From an archaeon (lineage in GTDB: Archaea; Nanobdellota; Nanobdellia; Pacearchaeales; GW2011-AR1), in contig JABIDS010000013.1 in assembly GCA_018651605.1 (NCBI GenBank), positions 64,717 through 128,716 of the forward strand: DNA of 64,000 nucleotides. The letters are read 5' to 3'. Under the pieces are notes generated by a model. The model was given only the letters and a program-made list of their open reading frames with translations, was not told the DNA's origin and searched no databases. This document shows positions 42,301 through 49,728 of this stretch, in pieces (within the stretch, counting starts at the first letter, position 1; the number at the start of each line of letters is the position of its first letter). The translations under genes were made by a program, and so were the position numbers.

Positions 42301-42372
42301 GGGGATATCATATAATGTTTAATATGCAAGCCTCCAGAGCTTGTCATAGGGGTTAGATTCCCCTTATCCCCA
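42301..42372 (+). tRNA. tRNA-Trp (CCA)
   Basis: Folds as GGGGATA TC ATAT AATGTTTA ATAT G CAAGC CTCCAGA GCTTG TCAT AGGGG TTAGATT CCCCT TATCCCC A. All four stems are Watson-Crick, U33 is present, the anticodon is CCA and position 73 is A. A TTTTTAAAATA box lies about 30 nt upstream, and a T-run follows. Confidence 0.7.
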
Positions 42373-42400
42373 TTTTAAATTATAATTTTCAAACCCCAAT

Positions 42401-42410
42401 ATTTATAAAT
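42401..42410 (+). promoter_or_regulatory. TATA-box-like ATTTATAAAT upstream of ATG 42431
   Basis: Ends 21 nt before the ATG. Confidence 0.4.
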
Positions 42411-42430
42411 TGGTTTTTCTTTTAGTTAGT

Positions 42431-42811
42431 ATGGTTAAAAAAGATGTGAGTGCTAAAAAGAAGAAGATGACTCGTGCAGATATGGATATGATGATGATTG
42501 ATAATTTTATTAATTTGCAAAAGGTTTTGACTAATTTATCTGTGAAGTTTGATGAGCTTTCAGGGAATATGTCTAAGATGCTTCAGCTTTTTGAGATTTC
42601 TGCTAAGAGTTTTGCAGAGAAATATTCTGAAAGTGATTTGGGGAATCTGCCTAGTTCAGAGAGAGAGTTTTTGAAGAAGTTGGATTCTTTGTTGGATCAG
42701 AATAAGACGATTTCTAAAGGAATTATGATGATGGAAGAGAGGATAAGAAATCGAGCTCGTTCACCTTATCCTGAACCTGGGAAATTTAATTCTTCGAGAG
42801 TGAGGAGGTAA
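42431..42811 (+). CDS. hypothetical protein (coiled-coil)
   Basis: ORF track frame 42410-42811. ATG 42431 fits the TATA spacing. Confidence 0.5.
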   Translation: MVKKDVSAKKKKMTRADMDMMMIDNFINLQKVLTNLSVKFDELSGNMSKMLQLFEISAKSFAEKYSESDLGNLPSSEREFLKKLDSLLDQNKTISKGIMMMEERIRNRARSPYPEPGKFNSSRVRR

Positions 42812-42816
42812 TTTTT

Positions 42817-43551
42817 TTGATGGGATTGAAAGAAATTGATAAGATGGGTAGAGTAGTTTTTCTTAGTATGTTTGCAGAGGAGATGTTTAGGGTTTATGTT
42901 AAGAAATTTGAATCTAAAAAAAATGTGGAAGTTGAGAAAGTTAAAAGTAAAATTCTTGAGCCTATTCCTGAGAATGTTTCTGTTTTGAATAAGTTGGATT
43001 TTGAAGAAGGTTCTGATGAGGGTGGTTCTGATGAAGAGGTTTCTGATGGGGAGATTGTTAAAAAGATTGAGTCTGTGAAATTTGCATATCAAAAAGAGGG
43101 AGAGATGAAGAAAAAGAGAAAGGTTCCTGTTCATTTTACTAAAAGTCTTATGAGTCCTGTTTCTGTAAGAAAGGTTGCTTTTGGTAGGCGTGGGAAAAAG
43201 GTTAAACCTGTGAATGTTCAATCTGGGATGGTTGGGATTAATAATTTGTTAAGGGATGGTTCTATTCAATCGATTGAATGTTCTGGACCTGGTAAGAATT
43301 TAGTTGTTAAAAGAAATAATAAAATAAATGTTACAAAACTTGTTTTTGGTCCTATTCAAATTAAAGAAGTTATTGATTATTTCTCTGGGCAGGCGAGGAT
43401 TCCTGTTGCGAATGGGATTTTAAAAGCGGCTGTTGGCGATTTAATTATTTCTTCAGTTAGTTCTAATTTTGTTGGTTCGAGATTTATAATTACTAGAAAT
43501 ACTCCTTATAGTTTGATTGATAGTCCTAAGAATCGTTTGATGGGGGCTTAA
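42817..43551 (+). CDS. protein resembling the N-terminal (non-ATPase) domain of FlaI/GspE-type secretion ATPases
   Basis: LLRDGSIQSIECSGPGKNLVVKRNNKINVTKLVFGPIQIKEVIDYFSGQARIPVANGILKAAVGDLIISSVSSNFVGSRFIITRN aligns by eye with DPNLEEIVLPSSKEPIRVYHKKYGWLKTNITIEKEEDIINYSNIIARRVGRQINVLAPLLDAHLISGDRVNSIL of the 23623-25257 ATPase. There is no Walker A motif. Confidence 0.4.
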   Translation: MMGLKEIDKMGRVVFLSMFAEEMFRVYVKKFESKKNVEVEKVKSKILEPIPENVSVLNKLDFEEGSDEGGSDEEVSDGEIVKKIESVKFAYQKEGEMKKKRKVPVHFTKSLMSPVSVRKVAFGRRGKKVKPVNVQSGMVGINNLLRDGSIQSIECSGPGKNLVVKRNNKINVTKLVFGPIQIKEVIDYFSGQARIPVANGILKAAVGDLIISSVSSNFVGSRFIITRNTPYSLIDSPKNRLMGA

Positions 43552-43819
43552 ATTAATATGAGGAGGGAGAATAAATTCTCCCTTGTTCCCCTTTTTGTAA
43601 TTTTATTAGTATTTTCCTTTTTTAAATGATTTAGGTAGTTGGATGTTTATTTTTTAATTCTGCTTTTTGTATTTGTGTTTTTGCAATCTTTGTTTTGGTA
43701 TTTAGGGTTTTGTAATCTTTGTTTTGGTAAATGGGGTTTTGTAAAGAAGGGGTTTGGAAGTGGGGGTTTGGAAAAGTGGTTTGGAAAATATATTTAAAGT
43801 GTGTTTTGTTGTGATTCTT

Positions 43820-44107
43820 ATGGTAGTTAAGAAAGATAAAATAACTAATGCGAAGATTGAGAAATATTATGATTTGAGTAGTCGGGCTTTGAAGATTGCT
43901 CGTGGGGCAGTGGTTAAGAAGCGTAAGAAAGAGGCTGATGAGATTTTTTTAATGGTGGAGTGTTATTTGTCTGATTCCTTGTATTTTAAGGAGAAAGGTG
44001 ATTTTGTTAATGCTTATGGTGCTTTGAATTATGCTCATGGTTGGTTGGATTGTGGGGCTAGGTTGAAGATTTTTGATGTTAAGGATGATAAGTTGTTTAC
44101 TGTTTGA
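43820..44107 (+). CDS. DUF357-like archaeal protein
   Basis: ALNYAHGWLDCGARLKIFDV matches the conserved end of DUF357. ATG 43820 lies 20-30 nt after TATATTTAAAG. The ORF track start at 43754 reads through the repeat region. Confidence 0.55.
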   Translation: MVVKKDKITNAKIEKYYDLSSRALKIARGAVVKKRKKEADEIFLMVECYLSDSLYFKEKGDFVNAYGALNYAHGWLDCGARLKIFDVKDDKLFTV

Positions 44108-44144
44108 ACTTATGTTTTTGTTTTAACTTAATTTTTAATTGTAT

Positions 44145-44567
44145 TTAATGTTCCCTTGCCTTAAGAAATTCTTGAACATTAACTAGAGATAGAGTGGCTC
44201 CTCCAGTTAAACAAGGATGTTCTAAGTAATTAATATGAATCATATTGTTAGTATCAACCTTCTTTGAACAATCTCCTCCAATCCCATTTTTTTCAGGACA
44301 AGCATAATGAATCTTTGAGGGATTAGTTTTTAAAAAAAATCGATCTTTTTGTGGACCACTCATTCTTTTATTTGATTCATCACCATAAACTGAGACTATT
44401 ACTTTATGAGTTAAATTTTTACCACAAGCTTCACAAGCAATAGAATATTCTTCTACCCCTTGTTCAATAGGTGTTTTTGGTAAAATACTTCCTGCTAAAA
44501 GAACAGAGCCCGCAATACTTCCAGTTCTTTTTAAAAATTCTCTTCTTGCAATTTTTTCATTTTTCAT
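44145..44567 (-). CDS. small secreted Cys-containing protein with a twin-arginine signal
   Basis: The N-terminus MKNEKIARREFLKRTGSIAGSVLLAGS carries an RREFLK Tat motif. Confidence 0.55.
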   Translation of the reverse strand: MKNEKIARREFLKRTGSIAGSVLLAGSILPKTPIEQGVEEYSIACEACGKNLTHKVIVSVYGDESNKRMSGPQKDRFFLKTNPSKIHYACPEKNGIGGDCSKKVDTNNMIHINYLEHPCLTGGATLSLVNVQEFLKAREH

Positions 44568-44680
44568 TTTAATTTTGCTCAGAACTATCTGAGGTTTTTC
44601 ACCCTTTATAAAACTATAGAAATTCCCTTTTTAAATCTTTTGGAATATTCTTTTTTAATTTTAAATAATTTAATTTACTT

Positions 44681-45046
44681 TTATTTAGAACCTTTCCTAT
44701 AAAAATCCTTAAGAGATTGTAATGATTTTTTTGCTAATTTATCCATATTATCTTTTGATAATCTTCTTGCTTTGCTTCTTTTGAGTTTTAATTTTTCTTT
44801 GGTTTTATGTTCTAGTGATTTGTGTTTATTTGTCTGAGTTAAGTAAAATCCTTCTTCTTCTTTTTGAATTGTTAATTCTGCTTGTAGTTGAAATAAGTTG
44901 TAGGAGATTGTGCTTTCTTCGGTTTTTGGATTATATGTGTGAGTTATTGTTATTTCTCCTCCCGAAGTTTCTTTTATTGTTCTTTCTAGAGAAATTCTTA
45001 ATTCTTGTGCGACGTATTGAACAGAATCATATTTCTTTTGCTTCAT
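44681..45046 (-). CDS. hypothetical protein
   Basis: ORF track only. Confidence 0.45.
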   Translation of the reverse strand: MKQKKYDSVQYVAQELRISLERTIKETSGGEITITHTYNPKTEESTISYNLFQLQAELTIQKEEEGFYLTQTNKHKSLEHKTKEKLKLKRSKARRLSKDNMDKLAKKSLQSLKDFYRKGSK

Positions 45047-45138
45047 GTTTTTAGAGGGTTTTTTCTATTAAAAACCATTGTTATTGTCTGGAATATATAT
45101 TGGATAAGGTTTAAATAAATGTTTTTGTTGTTGATAAT

Positions 45139-45825
45139 ATGAAAAAGGTGATTGTGATTAGTCTTGGTGGAAGTTTGATTGTTCAGGATAAAGTTAATTA
45201 TGGTTTTTTGAAGGATTTTCGGGATGTTCTTTTGAAGTATTCTCGGAAGTATAAGTTTGTGGTGGTTTGTGGTGGTGGGAAGCCTGCGAGAGTTTATATG
45301 AATGGGCTTGAGAGGGGAAATGTTAAGAATAAATTTTATTCTCAGTCTATGTTAGGGATTTCTATTACTCGTTTGAATGCTCGTTTTATGACTTATTTTT
45401 TTGGGAAGGATGCTAATGAGGGAATTCCTCATGATATGAAAAGGGTGAAGAATTTGTTGAGATATAATAAAGTTGTTTTTTGTGGGGCTTTGAGATATGC
45501 TGTTAATCAGACATCTGATAGTACTGGGGTTAAGCTTGCTCGTTATTTTGGTTGTGATTTTGTTAATTTGACTAATGTCAAGGGTTTATATGAGAAGGAT
45601 CCTAAAAGGTTTTCTAGTGCGAAGTTTATTTCTGAAATTTCTTATAATGATTTTTTTAAGATGGCTAATGCTGTGAAGTTTAAACCTGGGCAACATTTTG
45701 TTTTGGATCAGAGGGCTGCGAAGATTGCTAAGGATTATTCTGTTCCAGTGTTTATTATGGGTTCTTGTAAGGAGTTGGATAAGTTTTTAAGTGGGAAGCA
45801 TTTTGTTGGGACTAGTATAAGATGA
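45139..45825 (+). CDS. pyrH: UMP kinase, archaeal type
   Basis: Contains VISLGGSLIV, VVVCGGGKPAR, GISITRLNA, NLTNVKGLYEKDPK and VLDQRAAKIA, matching archaeal PyrH. Confidence 0.8.
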   Translation: MKKVIVISLGGSLIVQDKVNYGFLKDFRDVLLKYSRKYKFVVVCGGGKPARVYMNGLERGNVKNKFYSQSMLGISITRLNARFMTYFFGKDANEGIPHDMKRVKNLLRYNKVVFCGALRYAVNQTSDSTGVKLARYFGCDFVNLTNVKGLYEKDPKRFSSAKFISEISYNDFFKMANAVKFKPGQHFVLDQRAAKIAKDYSVPVFIMGSCKELDKFLSGKHFVGTSIR

Positions 45826-46241
45826 TAACTAGTAAAAATTTAAATGAAGTTCGGAAGGAAATTGTTAAGTTGAAAGCAGATGGTGAGGATGTGGTAGTTA
45901 GGGCTCAGGGTGATGATTTTAATCGGAAGATTTTTGAGAATAAAGATGTTGATGTTGTTTTTGGATTGGAGATGCATTCTCGTAGAGATTATATGAAACA
46001 GAGAGATAGTGGGTTGAATGAGGTTTTGTGCAAGTTGGCTAAGAAGAATGGGATTAAAATTGAGATTGATTTGAAAGAGATTGTTGGATTGGGTGTTGTT
46101 GAGAAGGCAAAGGCTTTGGCTAGAGTTCGGCAGAATATTCGTTTGTGTCGGAGGGTTGGTGTTGGGATTGTTGTTGAGGGTGTTGGGAAGGCAGAGAGGA
46201 GGGGTTTTATGGGTGTGTTGGGTGCGAGTAGTGAACAGTGA
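45822..46241 (+). CDS. RNase P protein component 3 (Rpp30)-like, short form
   Basis: The segments DVVFGLEMH, VLCKLAKKNGIKIEIDLKEI, RQNIRLCRRVGVGIVV and GASS resemble the C-terminal two-thirds of Rpp30. At 139 aa it is shorter than the usual ~210 aa. Confidence 0.4.
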   Translation: MITSKNLNEVRKEIVKLKADGEDVVVRAQGDDFNRKIFENKDVDVVFGLEMHSRRDYMKQRDSGLNEVLCKLAKKNGIKIEIDLKEIVGLGVVEKAKALARVRQNIRLCRRVGVGIVVEGVGKAERRGFMGVLGASSEQ

Positions 46242-46286
46242 ATGGAGTGTAATAATCTTTAAAAATGATTAATTGTTTTTATTTTA

Positions 46287-46889
46287 ATGGAATATGATAT
46301 AAGTAAACGATTTCAAAAAATATCTTCTGCTTTGAAGGATGTAAGTGATGTATTGCAATCTAATGATTTGGTGGCTAGGGTGCAAGATGGAATGCCTGCT
46401 GCAGAGTTGCATTCATTTTATAATCAAGTTGGTTTAAAGGAAGGATGGTTAAAGCCAGAATATGCAACTCCTCTTTCTGAACAAGATAAAACAAATCAAG
46501 TGAAGAATGTTGATGCTGCATTAGATGTTGTTGATTATTGGATTTCTAGATTTGAGGGTAATAAGTTTTCTGAGATGGGGAGAGAAGGACTTATTGGTGC
46601 AATGGAATCTTGTGTGGATTATGAGGGAAATAGGGGTTTGTTTGAATTAGAAAACGCTGCAGAATCTCAACATAATCAATGGAGGAGTTTTATTGGAACT
46701 TATCAAAAAGAAAGAATTACTCCTGGTCATGAAAAATTTAGAGAAGATAATTATAACCAATTTAATATGGATTATCCTGCTCTTGAAGAAAGTGTAAAAG
46801 ATCAAGATAGGTTAATTGTTGCTGTAATTAGTGATGTTGTTCTTGGTCTTGCGGATATTGGTTATGAACGGGTAATTGATACTAATTAG
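46287..46889 (+). CDS. hypothetical protein
   Basis: ORF track only. Confidence 0.5.
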   Translation: MEYDISKRFQKISSALKDVSDVLQSNDLVARVQDGMPAAELHSFYNQVGLKEGWLKPEYATPLSEQDKTNQVKNVDAALDVVDYWISRFEGNKFSEMGREGLIGAMESCVDYEGNRGLFELENAAESQHNQWRSFIGTYQKERITPGHEKFREDNYNQFNMDYPALEESVKDQDRLIVAVISDVVLGLADIGYERVIDTN

Positions 46890-46930
46890 ACTTTGAATAT
46901 TTTCTTTCAATATCTTTAATATACCAAAAA

Positions 46931-46938
46931 TTTAAATA
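46931..46938 (+). promoter_or_regulatory. TATA box TTTAAATA
   Basis: Matches the archaeal TTTAWATA consensus. It lies 22-29 nt upstream of the ATG at 46960. Confidence 0.5.
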
Positions 46939-46950
46939 ATGTTTTTTCTT

Positions 46951-47028
46951 ATGTTTCTTATGGAAGATAAAATTAGTCTGGATTTGAATGAATCAACTAG
47001 TTTTAACTTTGATTTTTACTTTTGGTAA
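46951..47028 (+). promoter_or_regulatory. candidate aromatic-rich leader ORF upstream of DAHP synthase
   Basis: ATG at 46951, or at 46960 if leaderless. Encodes M F L M E D K I S L D L N E S T S F N F D F Y F W stop. Six of the last eight codons are Phe, Tyr or Trp. A GTAAATC (47029-47035) / GATTTAC (47047-47053) hairpin and a T-rich stretch follow. Confidence 0.4.
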
Positions 47029-47117
47029 GTAAATCTGTGTTAGCCGGATTTACTGTATTATATTTTGATTATTAATAATCTATTTCTGGTTTGCATGCAA
47101 TAACATAAACTATAAAA

Positions 47118-48152
47118 ATGGCAATAGCAACATTAGAGAATATGGTTGGAGAAGAAGAAATAGTTGAAAGTCTTTTGAATAAAGGAATTGAGAAAGAGAT
47201 TTTTCTTAGTCCTGAGAAGATTCGTGGTGAGGTTTGTGTTTCTGTTGATGTTGCTAAGAAAATTATTGGGTTTCGTGGAGAGATTGAGAATATTTTGGAT
47301 GGTAAGGATTCTAGGATGATGTTGATAATGGGTCCGTGTTCTATTGATGATTATGATGCTGCGATTGAATATGCTTTTAAATTGAAAAAATTGTCTGATG
47401 AAGTTAGTGATAAATTTTTGATAGTTATGAGAACTTATTTTGAAAAGCCTAGAACAAGTGTTGGATGGGAAGGATTGATTATTGATCCTGATAGGGATGG
47501 GAGTAATGATGTTGAGAAAGGGTATTTGATGGCTAGGAAATTGTTGAGAGAGATTAATGAAATTGGTTTGCCTTGTGCTAGTGAACTTTTGGATATTACA
47601 AGTAATGAGTATATTGGTGATTTGATTTCTTATGCTGCGATAGGTGCGAGAACTTCAGAATCTGCGCCTCATAGGAAAATGGGTTCTAGTTTAGCTGTTC
47701 CTGTTGGTTTTAAGAATGCTACTAGTGGAAATTTGAAAATTGCTGTGAATGCTGTTAAATCTGCTAATGCTGAGCATATTGTTGAGACGAGTTATGGTAG
47801 GGCTTTGAGTAAAGGGAATGATTATGCTCATGTTATTTTAAGAGGAGGGTCTAATGGTGTAAATTATGATAAGGTTAGTGTTGAGGAGGTTGTTGGATTG
47901 TTGAAGGAGGAGGGTTTGAGAACTTCAGTGATTGTTGATTGTAGTCATGCAAATTCTGGAAAGGATTATAGGAAACAAGGAGAGGTTTTTAGAGAGGTTT
48001 TGGGGATGAATAAGAAGGAAGTGGTTGGAGTTATGTTGGAGTCGTATTTGGTTGAGGGTGTAGGGGATGAATATGGGCAGTCGAAGACTGATGAGTGTGT
48101 GGGGTGGGAGGAGAGTGAGGGATTAGTAAAGGGAGGATTTGAAGTGTTGTGA
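47118..48152 (+). CDS. aroG: 3-deoxy-7-phosphoheptulonate (DAHP) synthase, type I-alpha (AroF/G/H-like)
   Basis: Contains LIMGPCSIDD, MRTYFEKPRTSVGWEGLIIDPD, IGARTSESAPHR, VGFKN and DCSHANS. Confidence 0.9.
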   Translation: MAIATLENMVGEEEIVESLLNKGIEKEIFLSPEKIRGEVCVSVDVAKKIIGFRGEIENILDGKDSRMMLIMGPCSIDDYDAAIEYAFKLKKLSDEVSDKFLIVMRTYFEKPRTSVGWEGLIIDPDRDGSNDVEKGYLMARKLLREINEIGLPCASELLDITSNEYIGDLISYAAIGARTSESAPHRKMGSSLAVPVGFKNATSGNLKIAVNAVKSANAEHIVETSYGRALSKGNDYAHVILRGGSNGVNYDKVSVEEVVGLLKEEGLRTSVIVDCSHANSGKDYRKQGEVFREVLGMNKKEVVGVMLESYLVEGVGDEYGQSKTDECVGWEESEGLVKGGFEVL

Positions 48153-48186
48153 GTAATCTTATAAACTTAGCAATCTATGAATTAAA

Positions 48187-49728
48187 ATGCCAGAAAAACA
48201 AAAAGATAAACCGGATATGCAGAAACTTGTGGAATCTCTTTCGCCTAATGAGAGAAGAATTGTTGGTTTTTTGGAAGTTGGGGATTTGGATAAACTGCGA
48301 GATGAGAGTGGTTTGGATAAGACATCTCTTTTGCGGGCTTTGGAGTTTTTATCTAATAAAGGAATTTTAACTTTGAGAAGTAAGGAGGAGAAGGTTGTTG
48401 TTTTGAGTATTAATGGGTTGAATTATAAAAGAGATGGTTTGCCTGAGAGAAGGCTTGGAGGAGTTGTTGTTGAGAAAAATTCTTTATCTTTAATGGATGC
48501 TAAGAAAGAGTCTGGATTGAGTGATAATGAGTTTAAGGTTGCTCTTGGAGCTTTGAAGAAAAGGGCGTTGATTAATATTGTTAATGGAAATATTGTTTTG
48601 GTTGGTGGGAAAGATGTTTTTGTTGAGAAGACTTTGGATGAGAAGTTTTTGGAGTTGTTGCCTAAAAAGTTTAGTGAGTTGGAGCCTGAGGAGAAGTTTT
48701 CTTTTGATAATTTGAAGTCTCGGAAGAATATTGTTGAGATTGAGAATAAGAAGATTGTTGAGTTTGATTTGACTGATTTGGGTAAGGAATTGGTTAAAGT
48801 TGATTTGACTTCTTTAAAAAATATGATTGAGAGTGTTACTCCTGGATTGATTAAGAGTGGGAGTTGGAAAGGTAAGAAGTTTCGGAGGTATGATATTACT
48901 TCAGATGTTCCGAAGATTTCTGGGGGTAAGAGGCATTTTGTGAATCAGGCGACTGATTATGCAAAGAGGGTTTGGTTGGATATGGGTTTTAAGGAGATGA
49001 GTGGTTCTTTGATTCAGTCTGGGTTTTGGAATTTTGATGCTTTGTTTACTGCACAGGATCATCCGGTTCGTGAGATGCAGGATACTTTTTTTATAAATGG
49101 TGAGGCTGAGTTGCCTGCTTCTGGAGTTGTTGAAAAGGTTAAGAAGGCGCATGAGGGGGGGATTGATGGTTCAAAAGGTTGGCAGTCTTCTTGGTCTGAG
49201 GATGATGCTAAGAAGGTTTTATTGAGGACACATACAACTTGTTTGTCTGTTCAGACTTTGAAAAAGATTGCTGAGAAAAAGGAGTTTCCTGCTAAGTATT
49301 TTGCTTTGGGTAAATGTTTTAGAAATGAGACTGTTGATTGGAGTCATGGGTTTGAGTTTAATCAGACCGAGGGAATTGTTGTTGATGAGAATGCGAATTT
49401 TCGGCAGTTGCTTGGTTATTTGAAAGAGTTTTTTAAGAAAATGGGTTATGAAGAGATTCGGATTCGTCCTGCGTATTTTCCATACACAGAGCCGTCGCTT
49501 GAGATAGATGTTTTTCATCCTGTTCGTAAGGAATGGGTGGAGTTGGGTGGTGCTGGGATGTTTAGGCCAGAAGTTACGATTCCAATGTTTGGGAGGCATA
49601 TTCCTGTTTTAGCTTGGGGTCCTGGTTTTGATAGAATTATTATGGAGTTTTTTAAGGTAGAGGATTTGAGGGATATGTATAAAAATGATTTGAATGCTCT
49701 TCGTGAGAAGAAGGTGTGGAGAAAATGA
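48187..49728 (+). CDS. pheS: phenylalanine--tRNA ligase alpha subunit (archaeal type)
   Basis: Has N-terminal winged-helix repeats and a class II core: HPVREMQDTFF, LLRTHTT, GKCFRNE, FNQTEG and GAGMFRPEV. Confidence 0.9.
   Translation: MPEKQKDKPDMQKLVESLSPNERRIVGFLEVGDLDKLRDESGLDKTSLLRALEFLSNKGILTLRSKEEKVVVLSINGLNYKRDGLPERRLGGVVVEKNSLSLMDAKKESGLSDNEFKVALGALKKRALINIVNGNIVLVGGKDVFVEKTLDEKFLELLPKKFSELEPEEKFSFDNLKSRKNIVEIENKKIVEFDLTDLGKELVKVDLTSLKNMIESVTPGLIKSGSWKGKKFRRYDITSDVPKISGGKRHFVNQATDYAKRVWLDMGFKEMSGSLIQSGFWNFDALFTAQDHPVREMQDTFFINGEAELPASGVVEKVKKAHEGGIDGSKGWQSSWSEDDAKKVLLRTHTTCLSVQTLKKIAEKKEFPAKYFALGKCFRNETVDWSHGFEFNQTEGIVVDENANFRQLLGYLKEFFKKMGYEEIRIRPAYFPYTEPSLEIDVFHPVRKEWVELGGAGMFRPEVTIPMFGRHIPVLAWGPGFDRIIMEFFKVEDLRDMYKNDLNALREKKVWRK

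Noticed and set aside
48149-48370. 73-aa ORF overlapping the pheS start.
   Set aside because: It is out of frame with pheS, whose N-terminus is well supported. It has no motifs.
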